A DNA stretch of 34,762 bases from Trichomonas gallinae (Eukaryota). The notes under the pieces are model-generated. The model made no database searches. It saw only the letters and a list, made by a program, of their open reading frames with translations, and was not told where the DNA came from. The position numbers were made by a program, and so were the translations under genes. The first letter of the stretch is position 1; each line of letters opens with the position of its first letter. The stretch is from positions 1 to 34,762 of the forward strand of contig MRSU01011368.1 of the NCBI GenBank assembly GCA_008369845.1, read 5' to 3'. Of this stretch, positions 10,101-20,163 are shown in pieces.

Positions 10101-13100
10101 CATCATTGATGTTGAGTCAATCAACTTGTTCGACACATGGATCAGATCCACCTCAATCATTGAGATTCCTCCTGATTGGGTCAACTTCAGCGTTCCTGAT
10201 TCTTTCTGGGATATTTACGCCAGACCTTCATTGCTTTCAATGAGATTGTACAAAGGAAAATTAATTCCACTGGATATCACACCACTTCAAACGAAGCCGA
10301 TTATCAATCCACGCACTGCTACACAGGGATACACACTTCCAGGAGATGTCTCAGTCTGCTCACCACAATTCTTACCAGCTTTGTTCCACGCAAGAATTGC
10401 CATGAGAAAGAACGACAACATTATAATTCACGGTGACAGATTGAGCGGAAAGTCTACACTTTTGAAGTTTATCTTCTTGAATCTCGATATTATTCCAATT
10501 TACGTACCAGTTTCAAGCACATCAACACGCACATCAATTCGTAACTTCATCCAGTTCCACACAAAGATTATCGCGAAAGACTACGTGATGGAACACGAAA
10601 GGAAGAAATTCTGCTTAATTTTCGATAATGTTTCTCCAGACAACAAAGAAACTTGTGAGTTCATCAGAGCAATAACTAAGACTACGAAATTACCTGATGT
10701 TCATCCAGCTGATTACAAACGCTTCGACTTTAGCAACATAAAGAGCTGCCAAGTTATTGTTATTACTTCATCTCTTCAGGGCTTTGACATCAGATTCCTG
10801 ACAAGGTTCGTCCCAATTGTTGTTACTCCGCCAACACTTAAGTCCATCAAGTTCATCTATGACACAATTGGAAAGGCAACAGGAATTTCAACGAAAATCA
10901 TGCAACCACTCATGGACTTATTCGAATCATTATACGCGAAAGACAAAATCAATTTCCATTATTCAAAGTTACTGGAAATTTTGTCAATTATCGATGCAAG
11001 GAACGCTAAAACTGAACAAGCGATGTCAACATGCATCAAGACAATATTAGCTGAGTTTAATTTCTTGTCCGTCTATCGTCAGGATTGCATGGAAATTCTA
11101 AGAAAATCGTTCAATGACACATTCTTCCTTGAACAGCAGCGTCAGTTGTTTGATGTTGTTTTCAACAGCACAGACATGTATTACGCTGAAATATCCAATA
11201 ACACAGAAGGCCCAGGACTCAATGTTGTTGTCAACAAACATCAACTCAAAGGATTAACGAATATGTTAATAGAAGTCAGCTCGCAAATTACTCCACCTCT
11301 TCCATTCCCTCTTAGACTCAACAACATCATCATTTGGTCTCATCTTCAGCGTGCGATTTCATATCCGACAGGGAATGTTTTGATGATTGGCCCGCCGGGA
11401 AGTGGAAGATATCAGCTTGCAAGATTCACAGCATTCCAGAAGCAGTACTCTTTCTTCGTTTTCGACAAGAGCAAGATTTCATTGAACAATCCAAAGGATT
11501 TAACAGCAATGATTGACGACATCCTCCTCGCAATTTTAGGTGGACATTCGTGCGCAATATTCGTCCGCGGTTATGCTCCACAAGAATTGAAGCGTCTCAA
11601 TGCATATATCATCTTCGAACTATTCGATAATTCTCACCTCGAAGACGTATATCAGCACTTTAACAATCACAGACAGCAGATTCATGCAACAAGATTGGAC
11701 ACATTCCAATATGCATTCGATATGATTCAGATGAGAACACATTATATCATTGCTGTTGACAAAGATTTCAACACTTCTCTTTATCCTGATTATTATATAA
11801 TTGACATGTATAAGCTCAACGAAGACTACATGCAGCGTGTTGCTGCTAATATTGTTAAAGAGCCAGAATTCAAGCCACTTTCAGAAACAGCGCCGCCAAA
11901 CATCGGCAAAGTTTTGCTTCAGATCCACGAACAAGTTTCTCAGGACTTCAATTTCGTTACTGCAAACACATTCAACGATTTCGCATCAACATTTGTGAGA
12001 ATGGCGAGAAACACTTACGATGACTTATCGTCAAGATCGAAAGATTTAGACAACGCAGTTCAATTTATCAAAGATTTGCAGCACAAGAGCGAAGAAACAG
12101 AACATAGACTCAATGAGATTGTTCCTATTCTAGAGCAATTAAATGAAAACAAAGAAAACGCAAGCCAATATGCTTCTAAGCTCGACGAGAAAAGATCAAT
12201 CATTTCTTCTTTGGACGAAAAAGAGAGAATTAAAACTGCCGAATGCAAACAGCTCAATGAGTCAATCATAGTCAATCGTGAGCAGATGACTGAGCATCTC
12301 GCAGACTACACACAGAAGCTGCAGCTGCTCAATGAGATACAACCAGCTGAGTTGCAAGATTTCCGTCAAAATGCAGGCCGTACTCAGAATCCAATTCTGG
12401 TTTCAACAATCAATTTGCTGACTGTTTTCTTAGGCCAGCCTCCAAACTTTGATTCAGCAGGAAGAAAGATCATCAACGATGAAAATCTGCCGACAACATT
12501 GAGAGTCAGTGTTGATCCAAACGCAATCAATGACCAATCATTGGAAATTGCAGAACAGTTTTACAACGAAATAAACTTAAACAACATAGCAAGTGTCAAT
12601 GCTGTTTCTCCTGTACTAGGCAAGTTATTCGCTTATGCAATCAGTGTCTTCGAACTTGCTTCATCTAACCTCAAAGTCCAGCAGCAAGAATCAGAATACA
12701 ACGAGAAATCAAAGAGCTTGGCCAAATTCATTGAATCAAGTCGCAGTGAAAAGAAATCAATCGAAGAAGAAATGTCGAGAATCAGCGAAGAAGAAAGGAG
12801 CTTCCAGAGCAACATAGAAATGAGAGACACTCTTGAGAAAGAGCTCACGAACTTAGAAAACAAGAAACAAAGCATAGATGCGATCCTCAAAGGCTTGGAT
12901 TTAATGAATGATGAATGGGTCGAAGAAGGACAAAGAGTTTCAAATTCAAGACTTTTGTTATTCGGTGACACGATTTTGTTCTCTGCTTACATTGTTTACT
13001 TCGGCTTCATGAACCAGAAAGAACGCGACGAGTATTTAGTCCACGTCCTCGAGTTAATCAGAGGCAGCAAGATTCAGGTCAATCTAGAACCATCTTTATT

Positions 13101-16086
13101 GATTGAATCTAAGATGAAGAATGTTGTCGACACAATTCATTTGACAAAGCACGAATTCCAGCCTCTTGAAGCATCAATAGATTTATCACATATAATGCTC
13201 ACTCCCAAGCCACCGCTTGTCATTGATTTCGATGACATGATGTTCAATCTCCTCAAAGAAACTCTTCCTAAGCCAAAGACAAAAGTTATTTCATTATTAG
13301 CTGAAGACTTTATAGAAGTTTTGAGCGATTCAATGTCGAAAGGTCATACATTAATCATAAGAGATGTTGATGGAATCACATCAGAGTTGAGAACAATACT
13401 TCCTTACATGACACGACGCAAAGATACAATCCAAATTAGTATCAACGGCGAGCTTTGCAAATTGAGTCCATCATTCAAACCAATTTTGTTCACAAGGTCA
13501 ATAAACAATGTTAGAAAAGTTCCACCAAACTTATTCTGCCATACAACAGTAATTGATGTCAGTGATTCAACCCTCAAATCTTCAGAAACAATGTTCGGCT
13601 GGAGACTTGTTAATTATTTTGATACAGAACTTGTTCCAAGAATGCACGGAATGCAGCATGCAGAATTGCAGAACAAAGCTGAGGTCAAGAAGTTCGAAGA
13701 AGAAACATTGCATATCATTGACTCAATTGTTGAGAGAACATCCCAAGAAGAAGGTTACGACTTCTTAACAGATGGAAAAGTTTCATCTGATCTCATGAGA
13801 TCTAAAGAATGCTACTTCGCTGCTACAAACTTCACAAGCGACACATCAGCTATCAACAATGAAGTTGACATGACAACCGAATCATTCAGACAGCACATCA
13901 AGACTCTCGTGGCAATTTGGACTGCTTTGTCAAGATACATGCCTTTGGTTAATCCAAACCACATTTATTCATTGCAGCAGTTCTTGAAGACAATTGATTG
14001 TGGCTTGCAAACTTCAGGATTCACATCAGGAATCCTCACACAGCCTCAGTTAGTTGCTCTGAAGACAGCTCTTGTTAGATTCATCTTTAAGACATACATG
14101 CCTTCTATGAGCTTCTCTGAGTCTTTCTTCTTCATGTTCATTTCTGGATTCTTGATGGCCGAGAAAGAACACAAAGTTCAAATGAAAGACTTGGAGATCA
14201 TCATTGACCACATTGTTGAGGAGAACTCGAACAAAGTCGAACTGCGCAGATTCGAAAACCAGAAGGGAGACCCAATAGATCAACTCAAATTCTCAAATCT
14301 CACCAACGTTTTCAAGTGCATGGACAAATTCATCAGCGACGTTTTCGGAGAAGATTACGCCACGATGTTCCCATCGTTCTCAGTTGAATCATTCATCGAT
14401 GATAAGAACATCATCATACAATGCGGACACTTCTGTGATCCAACTGTTCTGCTTGAAAACTTTGTAACTCTCAGAGGAAAGAAGGCCTTCTTCTCAATTT
14501 CTTTGTGCGACTCAACAATCGAAAACGCAAACAGGATTATTGACTTGACTAACGAGAAAGGTGGCTTAGTTGCAATACATTACATGACTGCTACACCTCT
14601 CTGCGGTCAGTTTATCAACTCTTTGACTCACAGAAAAGAGAAGCAAAAAGATTTGCACGTCATAATTATTTGCAATGATTCTTCATATATACCGAAAGAT
14701 TTCATTCTCAACAGCTCCGTTTACACATACGACGACTTCCCACTCATCAGAGTGCAGATGTCTCAGCTCTATCAACACGTTGTCAGCAGCATAGAACTGC
14801 CTAACAAGATTACTAAGAAATTATCTTACGCGACATGTTTGGCTTATTCATTAATCAGATTCTCGAGCCATTTGGATCCACTTGGCATTTCTTCCAAATT
14901 GTTCTTGACAGAAGACGATGTTAAAGGCTCATTAATCGCCATGCACGCAACACAGAACGATGACATCCTTGTGAGAAACTTCAGAGAACAAATCAAGGAT
15001 TCATTCTTCGCTTCAACAGTCATTGATGACTACGACAGAAGAAAGCTCAAGCAAGTTTTGTTCACTATTTTAGGTCCAGATCTCACCGAAGAATCATTCA
15101 TGTTCGTTGACTCATCCAATCCACAGAAAGACAAATGGAATCTCTCAGGTGACCTTCAGCATCTTCTCGAGAAACTACCTGTCTTTGGAACTTTGGATCC
15201 ATTATTAATCGATAACAACATCGGCAGCACAATTTTGTCTCTCAATTTATCATTGTGGTGTTCTAAGCCTTTCTTCCCGCTATACAAAGGCAACCCAGAA
15301 CTCGAAGAGAAGGACCACGCGAAGCATATCCAGATACTTAAGAATAACATTCCGAATATTATCGATATAACAGATGAAATTTCAGCACATTCTCCTCTCG
15401 GTTTGTTCGTTTTGACTGAGATCAACAGATTCAACAATTTGATCAGGCAGATTGAAATAGACACAGAAGATATCAATTCAGAAGCAGCAGCACTTATATC
15501 CAAAGGAAAATTCCCAGAGAAGTGGAAAGAAATTCTTGGCTTCTACGGAACAAATTCATTGCAAAAGATTACAACAATAATCAACGACAGAAGAAAGCTT
15601 CTCACTGAATGGTTGTCTTCTGGCGTCATCCCGAAGCAGATTGATGCACGCTTAATCACAAACATCAGAGGATTACTCAATTCATATAGAAACGAAATCG
15701 CAATACAGAGAAATTCAACAGCAAACGCATTGAACTACGAATTCAAGTTTGTCAACTCTAATGATTCAACACCAGGAATTACATTTACTAATTTCGCGAT
15801 CATTGGCGCGAATTTCGACTCAGCCAATGCTAAGATCATCCCACCAAACGCTAAGTCCTCACCAGTCTCATTCTTGCCGCCTATCACTTGCACGCTCGTG
15901 AAGGATGTGAAAAGCATCCATGCTTTTTCATGTCCAGTTTTCATGAGAATCCCAACTAAAGAAACAACAAACATCAGCGGCGAAAACTTTGTCTGGCATG
16001 CAATGATTCAAAGTGACGTGCCAGATAAGACGCTTATTGCAAGCGGTACTTGTATTGTTTGTCATCCACATGATTCATTTATTTAA
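4165..16086 (+). CDS. Divergent dynein heavy chain (~3973 aa), single-headed axonemal-type tail
   Basis: First ATG is at 4165 (the ORF track starts at TTG 4066). Tail motifs FNPYSL, YFTMSANGVT and YFWKPFRIW resemble DNAH6-class dyneins. Linker motifs LPRLFFLSDNEVL, HLSKIF, VEDW...M and HGYEFWG. Four P-loop positions at 8365, 9301, 10432 and 11389, then a stalk coiled coil, LFGDTILFSAYIVYFG, PLVID, and C-terminal FSCPVF. Confidence 0.93.
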   Translation: MSQGKDEMNIELPKNRTIVKPFHQDQAYSPPRVLFNSRALDKQTQVFDIVTNEEDKQQLPQTNILSLVALRNKTAKSKKRLTTSRFNQSIVNQDAQANMKSLLSPRPLTALRPKPMNSVEIVQHDIELERESLAFPEDPIAYFSKCKDGSGHRFIYLNYTYKRDDPLFNPYSLSKVPFAEIDPEYFTMSANGVTRIQPDGDTEHVSLDLWAKESSIFLSIRKLQMFSKYYFWKPFRIWRNFVMKQRFETIRTTITQYPMFHNPRFFQSTVQLLRTTCNAIINKYLLPFVPEKKYNLDSFIDTTENNFKLLHKEYLQFIADIAKEIVAVDKSVRDPQRLVVNESKFPEIKRKNPNIEQLKILEVKINQEKINLTKMVDEEIQGLANYILQTDYILLEYLAKSCMVCWKNAKTNIRADAASIFQIEVSLTDVGEISFTPNLNELISTVRDTLDDSIEVVNKLPRLVNYESLIPFLQERYKRLQNVINSGPTFLNVIQDTKSFQETKTEILEYLTTVYNDAVAHCQLFKDYFSIYEMGKTWTPESYGYPRGGKSVNFTFKDIDDSIHFDPSEQIIVDFSTIRHDIEQFKRDEIRMNQFPSCIVHGALFVDSKNLRNLLSPIPSRSLKAAHAYLDKMMQEKIEYLTNIFHYCSKHIKKEPPSLEQYVDFCEFTAAVSEMSPYLTQEISFVDNLFSLFESAGFQPSGDIDLSKNPLHDEFRRFKADQGAGMMMKELHEDKFTKVLQSRVLASNNKLNEYMDEILQFPPTIDECDTPKSVKSSSLIVTQIESLKNEVVLLAHCQEVLGVKFNNIISYDTVLETGKFMAKLYKIVDAWKELNLMIQSSPFVSIDVERFCTDLEKLNTEATTLAKDAKQENPLLVEVISNLNKIFPYIPQLRMLFTGKMEGQHWVKLFDECAQSGKYTPEIKIIDLLQLNILAEKEKIEKITSTSKGESALIEEFKKISAHWEEVQLPLRDGQQKAEDSLLLGDLNPLFKEIRSSQAELQKMLQIPFVHVVKKELLELGSNLQLYAEILDTWRSFQSNWVILQAFFSLDGTSDILPEQSTTFAMVRRRWMSLVRHTLERTTLVHVAKFPSLLEHLTENNQGLENIIGSISAYIDHKRKKLPRLFFLSDNEVLSLYSTTDFEIFCSHLSKIFMHITGFDSQTQETADGKPQKFTNTQNFTRLKIIGFIGENTEVLSLRQKIMCTLTVEDWVTHLMDSMKYSVKYFFNEGYKTYTTMPLTDWTMTITSYIAALVLYTTFTREIEECFANVENNAKAFSNYEALLNQRLSDLTNYTHSPLAQSELAKISVIITILQQQIALTREFSERIPQFSQKMSWRQHLKLRFDVQSQKIMTEMDDFTTEHGYEFWGTFRPLIYTSSSHKAVQSLVRNSISGYLPYLFGAPQSGKHQLLSAVAALFGQYVFDVPGYTSKTSFDLGHIFIGAALTGHWVIFNDVQHHSFTTLTHLFERFRYFQAEMQGINTKITLNNVEWNFNKRCRFFLIGKDDPLNKECVFPSQLLSILKPVAMMKPQFKEITEIKLSASGFMSTKYIAQKLVILVETISTLFPYLKNKYMVTVITSIIDNGTAMLRYIMHSKGIPFLHYYESARSCEEFCIARATYVYYSYHLHNDDIDSLIRLLYSHFMLFDSFDVFKSNLTSEKYFQEYTEETAIRWFFHNISKTANSNSKVREYLIERVIDLHQYLKMYNVVVINGPPYSGKSSLLKMLSEVYEYENPDFQSKVPNRQPISKTDIYFASDKWEKIVGTKENNKWKFGEIQSVLYNLRQQPQPSIQIVKFDGPISPGFSDFVSSLYNGNTLMLNNFDRYRADEGMRVIIETNDLSYLKPDAIGRVGILNLLDIHVMLNEGLQAKQCSIVNPEIIFAEGSRESKLPQETLDNLKELFVNLAPQVVNYIYHTKNLIYYNEHPTMLKDGNIYVAHHLPLEVVKFCCAYLETNDSDCRDTNILKIAMVHSFFVIYKNIIDVESINLFDTWIRSTSIIEIPPDWVNFSVPDSFWDIYARPSLLSMRLYKGKLIPLDITPLQTKPIINPRTATQGYTLPGDVSVCSPQFLPALFHARIAMRKNDNIIIHGDRLSGKSTLLKFIFLNLDIIPIYVPVSSTSTRTSIRNFIQFHTKIIAKDYVMEHERKKFCLIFDNVSPDNKETCEFIRAITKTTKLPDVHPADYKRFDFSNIKSCQVIVITSSLQGFDIRFLTRFVPIVVTPPTLKSIKFIYDTIGKATGISTKIMQPLMDLFESLYAKDKINFHYSKLLEILSIIDARNAKTEQAMSTCIKTILAEFNFLSVYRQDCMEILRKSFNDTFFLEQQRQLFDVVFNSTDMYYAEISNNTEGPGLNVVVNKHQLKGLTNMLIEVSSQITPPLPFPLRLNNIIIWSHLQRAISYPTGNVLMIGPPGSGRYQLARFTAFQKQYSFFVFDKSKISLNNPKDLTAMIDDILLAILGGHSCAIFVRGYAPQELKRLNAYIIFELFDNSHLEDVYQHFNNHRQQIHATRLDTFQYAFDMIQMRTHYIIAVDKDFNTSLYPDYYIIDMYKLNEDYMQRVAANIVKEPEFKPLSETAPPNIGKVLLQIHEQVSQDFNFVTANTFNDFASTFVRMARNTYDDLSSRSKDLDNAVQFIKDLQHKSEETEHRLNEIVPILEQLNENKENASQYASKLDEKRSIISSLDEKERIKTAECKQLNESIIVNREQMTEHLADYTQKLQLLNEIQPAELQDFRQNAGRTQNPILVSTINLLTVFLGQPPNFDSAGRKIINDENLPTTLRVSVDPNAINDQSLEIAEQFYNEINLNNIASVNAVSPVLGKLFAYAISVFELASSNLKVQQQESEYNEKSKSLAKFIESSRSEKKSIEEEMSRISEEERSFQSNIEMRDTLEKELTNLENKKQSIDAILKGLDLMNDEWVEEGQRVSNSRLLLFGDTILFSAYIVYFGFMNQKERDEYLVHVLELIRGSKIQVNLEPSLLIESKMKNVVDTIHLTKHEFQPLEASIDLSHIMLTPKPPLVIDFDDMMFNLLKETLPKPKTKVISLLAEDFIEVLSDSMSKGHTLIIRDVDGITSELRTILPYMTRRKDTIQISINGELCKLSPSFKPILFTRSINNVRKVPPNLFCHTTVIDVSDSTLKSSETMFGWRLVNYFDTELVPRMHGMQHAELQNKAEVKKFEEETLHIIDSIVERTSQEEGYDFLTDGKVSSDLMRSKECYFAATNFTSDTSAINNEVDMTTESFRQHIKTLVAIWTALSRYMPLVNPNHIYSLQQFLKTIDCGLQTSGFTSGILTQPQLVALKTALVRFIFKTYMPSMSFSESFFFMFISGFLMAEKEHKVQMKDLEIIIDHIVEENSNKVELRRFENQKGDPIDQLKFSNLTNVFKCMDKFISDVFGEDYATMFPSFSVESFIDDKNIIIQCGHFCDPTVLLENFVTLRGKKAFFSISLCDSTIENANRIIDLTNEKGGLVAIHYMTATPLCGQFINSLTHRKEKQKDLHVIIICNDSSYIPKDFILNSSVYTYDDFPLIRVQMSQLYQHVVSSIELPNKITKKLSYATCLAYSLIRFSSHLDPLGISSKLFLTEDDVKGSLIAMHATQNDDILVRNFREQIKDSFFASTVIDDYDRRKLKQVLFTILGPDLTEESFMFVDSSNPQKDKWNLSGDLQHLLEKLPVFGTLDPLLIDNNIGSTILSLNLSLWCSKPFFPLYKGNPELEEKDHAKHIQILKNNIPNIIDITDEISAHSPLGLFVLTEINRFNNLIRQIEIDTEDINSEAAALISKGKFPEKWKEILGFYGTNSLQKITTIINDRRKLLTEWLSSGVIPKQIDARLITNIRGLLNSYRNEIAIQRNSTANALNYEFKFVNSNDSTPGITFTNFAIIGANFDSANAKIIPPNAKSSPVSFLPPITCTLVKDVKSIHAFSCPVFMRIPTKETTNISGENFVWHAMIQSDVPDKTLIASGTCIVCHPHDSFI

Positions 16087-17490
16087 AAATGTTATTTATT
16101 TTTTTTTTTGAGACCTAATTATGTTATTTTAATTATCCTTGTTTCAAATCTGACTGATTCAAGACGAGTAAGCAACTGGAACTCTTTAGATATATGCATA
16201 ATATATATAATTATATAGGATAGCTACCTTTAACTATTGATAAATTTCAAATGATCTTTCTGATTCAAGATGCTCTGTTTTTGTTGGTCATTCTTTTCTA
16301 CTATAGATCTATATTTTGTTCCAAAAATGTTTTGATCACTGTTAAATATTTAGTCACGCACGATGCAATAGATATAAATACCTAGTTTTGTGATCAACAA
16401 AGGCAACTACACGAGTATATGATTATATCTGGGAGTTATCAGAATGTCGAGAAGTTTTAACGCTAATTTTACAGTAATATATATCAATCAAAATAAATCG
16501 AACAATGGGCTGCATGGATGTGATAATCCTATTTGTTAAGCGTTCATATCATATTTTTATAAATAATTGTCAAAATTATTTTTTAGGGGCTTAATGGCTT
16601 GTGTTTTCATAATATCATAAGGTTGACAGTAGTGATGCTGCATCGAATGCTTGGAAGTAATTGACAAGCATTCAATTTCACAATATTGTCTTGATTTAGG
16701 CATTCATAATAAGCAATATATCAAAATATTTAGGTTTTAAAATTGAGTCATTTTATTGATCAATTTAACCCAATGTTAAAGCACAACTGCAGATTTTTGG
16801 GTTTTAAAGATGCATAAAATTATACAATAAAATTTAAATTGGGTCAGTAATAAATGATTTTTAGTTATAATTAATGCAGACATGCGAACGGGGATGAACG
16901 GAAATTTGAAGATGATTAGATATTGTATAAAAGTTTTATCAAAAGTTTAAGAAGATATAATTGAAAAGCTAATTCACTTTCAATGTCATCTGTTTTTTTT
17001 TTTTTCTATAATCTGAGCATTGCTTTTTTATGGTGTTTTAAAGATCTTTTTCTGTGACTCAACATGAAAAATTGAATAGAAAATTGAGAACTGCGGAATA
17101 AAATTCTTTAACCTAATCTAGGCTTTACAGCTGTAATAAAATACAATTTCACTTTTCATTTTATTTTCTATTCAATTTATTGAATTCGGATTCAAAAAAA
17201 TTCAATAATTTTTCAAAAAATCGTCCAATATATTCAACAGCAAATATGATATAGAGCAGGAATTTGATAAAATAAAACGAAAACCAAAAAAATCCATTCA
17301 ATTTTTATCTAAAAAATAACTTCGTCTTTCTATCAATTAATATGTTATTAACAATTCCCATAATAAAAACGTAAAACCGAAAAAATTAATTGAAATTCGT
17401 TTTATTGGATCGCTAAATAGCACTAATATTGATACAATACCGAAAAATTCAAAAATGACTTTTCAATACACAAACAAACCAACAAAAAAA

Positions 17491-17497
17491 TCATTTT
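17491..17497 (+). promoter_or_regulatory. Initiator (Inr)-like TCATTTT
   Basis: Starts 15 nt upstream of ATG 17506, supporting 17506 rather than 17455 as the kinase start. Confidence 0.6.
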
Positions 17498-17505
17498 TTT
17501 ACTAT

Positions 17506-18477
17506 ATGAATTCTGCTGAGGTTTCTTTCTTCGATGAGCAAGGCATTACATACATAAAGATCATTGGAAAGGGTACCTTTGGTATAATCTTCCTCGTTAG
17601 GTCTAAAAAGTTTAATGTTCTTTATGCTTTGAAAAAGATCCAAGAGAAAGTGTTTCATGAGTCTGAGGTTGAATGCATAAAGACACTCGATGAGGGAAAG
17701 TTTGTCAACCTTTACCAATGCTTCCATTTTCAAGAATACGTTTACTTATTGCTCGAATATTGTCCAAACGATATGATGAAGATCATTGAAACATATAACA
17801 ATATCTCTGATCATGACACGCTAAGATATATATCAGAAATGGTTGGATCTATCAAAGCTTGCCACGATAAGAATATCGCTCATTGCGATATCAAGCCCTC
17901 TAACTTCATGTTTGATATTTATGGAAGGCTGAAGCTCGGTGACTTTGGTTTATCCAACTTTTACATTTCCAACAGATTATGTAATGAATTAAAAGGAACA
18001 AACTTCTTCATGGCACCAGAAATATTACTTGGTCAGCCTTATATCCCACAGGCCGCTGACATTTGGGCACTTGGTGTAACATTATATTTTTTGGCAACGA
18101 AAAATTATCCATTCTTTGCCTGGAACCAAGTTCATTTGATTGATGCTATAACAGCTGGCAAATATGATGAATTGGCAATCCAAAATCCTCTTCTTAGACA
18201 GTTAATTTCAAAATGTTTGGTTGTTGATCCATCTAAGAGAGCTACGATTTACGATGTCATAGACTCTGAATATATGCAGCAATCTTACCTCAAGATGCCG
18301 AACAAACAGAAGCTAACAAGTGGACAAGTGAAAACCCAAATTTTGATTCCAAATCCAATCATTTCCATGAGAAGAACAATGTTCTCCCTTGGAACACAGA
18401 TTTTCAACCGTAATCTTAGACCATCAAGAAATAAAATACTCAAAAATTCAAGATCAAGCGTAGTAGTTATTAATTAG
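17506..18477 (+). CDS. Ser/Thr protein kinase (CAMK-like trichomonad expansion type), paralog 1
   Basis: GKGTFG, YALKK, HCDIKPSN, LGDFG, GTNFFMAPE, DIWALG, DPSKRAT. The N-terminus MNSAEVSFFDEQGI aligns with MDSDEIAFLEQNGI of paralog 2. Confidence 0.93.
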   Translation: MNSAEVSFFDEQGITYIKIIGKGTFGIIFLVRSKKFNVLYALKKIQEKVFHESEVECIKTLDEGKFVNLYQCFHFQEYVYLLLEYCPNDMMKIIETYNNISDHDTLRYISEMVGSIKACHDKNIAHCDIKPSNFMFDIYGRLKLGDFGLSNFYISNRLCNELKGTNFFMAPEILLGQPYIPQAADIWALGVTLYFLATKNYPFFAWNQVHLIDAITAGKYDELAIQNPLLRQLISKCLVVDPSKRATIYDVIDSEYMQQSYLKMPNKQKLTSGQVKTQILIPNPIISMRRTMFSLGTQIFNRNLRPSRNKILKNSRSSVVVIN

Positions 18478-20163
18478 ACTAATATTTGTTGTTTGTAGAT
18501 TAAACATGTAATATCAATTCGTATTTTAACTCATAAAAACCTTTATTAAAATAATTCGCTTCTATTTCGTTAGTTATCAGCGAATTAGTTGTTTAATTAA
18601 TGAGATAAATGCAATATAGATGCTATAGGCATTAATACTTTCATAAATTATCAAAATATTTAATTTCGTAACCCGTTAATTAATTTCATTAATAAACAAA
18701 TTATTATGACTTTTATCATTTATGGTATTATTTTAATCATATAAAGGACTCATATCTAAGGCTGTAATCGTTGAAAATAGCTCTCTTTAATCCTATCAAA
18801 TCGGAATTATTTTATCATCAGAGGATAATAAAATTTTATTATGAGAAATATGTTACCTTGATGCATATTAATGAATGTACTATATTAATTAATGATAAAA
18901 TAAACTTTCCCAGAACAATTTCATTACCGGTATTTTAAACAAATTAAATACATCTCCTATACAGGTAATGCACTCAATTTTTATTGTAATCTTTACAACA
19001 ATATAAAATTTTACATTTTTAACCCATAATATGACAATTTTGACAATTTGCATTCAAAAGATATCTGTCTACTCAAATAATTGAGAAGAAATAACATCCT
19101 GGATTATATTGGCAAGCATGGGAATGCCTAAATGAATTTCATGCCGAATAAAAAACATTTGCATGTAACTTTCGGATAGAAAAAGTGATGTTTATTGCGA
19201 TTGTTGACGAATATTATTTCTATAATATCATCACATAGACCTAAACTATATCATTACAATGGATAAAATGATAAAAAAAGAGGTTTTTGAATTAACAAAT
19301 TAGAAGCAAATTATGTTTTATACATGATATAATTGTCCACTAGAATGTGTATAGAACGTTGGTATTATTTAATTAAGTTTAACCCACGCAGTTTTATGAA
19401 AAAATAAAGAAAGTCTGAACGCAAAAAATCATTTTCAGGTGAAAACAAACTAAAAGATTGTTAAATATAGCGTCATGACATCGTATTATCAGTAAATGAA
19501 CAGAATTCATTTTGAGAGTAGATTGAAGCACGTTATTCACTGCGGTTTCATAAGAAAATATGTTTTCTGAAGAATATGAAAGCGAAAAGAATTATTTATA
19601 ATAAGTAGATTAGTGTAAATAACGATTTTACGATTTTTACAATGCGAAAAAATATTTTTTGTTTAGTGTTTTAAACAATATTATTTAAGATTATGCAATG
19701 CACGTTAAATTTTTTCAAAGCAACCAAACGCTCACTAAGAAAGTGATTTTTTTATAGTTATCACATGCATATTTTATTGCGCTTGTTATTTTGGTATGAA
19801 AACTCACTTCTAACGTGCATTTTTTAATTATTCGCAAAATTCTATATTTTTAATAATTATATATTAAGCAATAGATTTATGACATTTATAAATTTGTCAG
19901 TTTTAATATGCATTGAAAATCAAAAAAGCGTAAAATTTTGAATTTTCTCAAAAATATGCAGCTCTACTAAAGGTAATTCCCACTCGATAAAAATAAAGAA
20001 TAATATTTGACATTTGAATACAAAATTACGAAATGACTTTCAGTAACATTCAATTTCTTCTGAAGATATTTTATTATAAACATAGCCTATACGTTACTAT
20101 AGCCATTCTTATTACTATTTGTAAATCTCTTAAAAAAACATTCAATTGTTATTATTATTTTTC

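Noticed and set aside
4440..15974. Many short antisense and alternate-frame ORFs inside the dynein gene (likewise inside the CLPTM1 and coiled-coil genes)
   Set aside because: Shadow ORFs expected from codon bias of the sense gene. No recognisable motifs.
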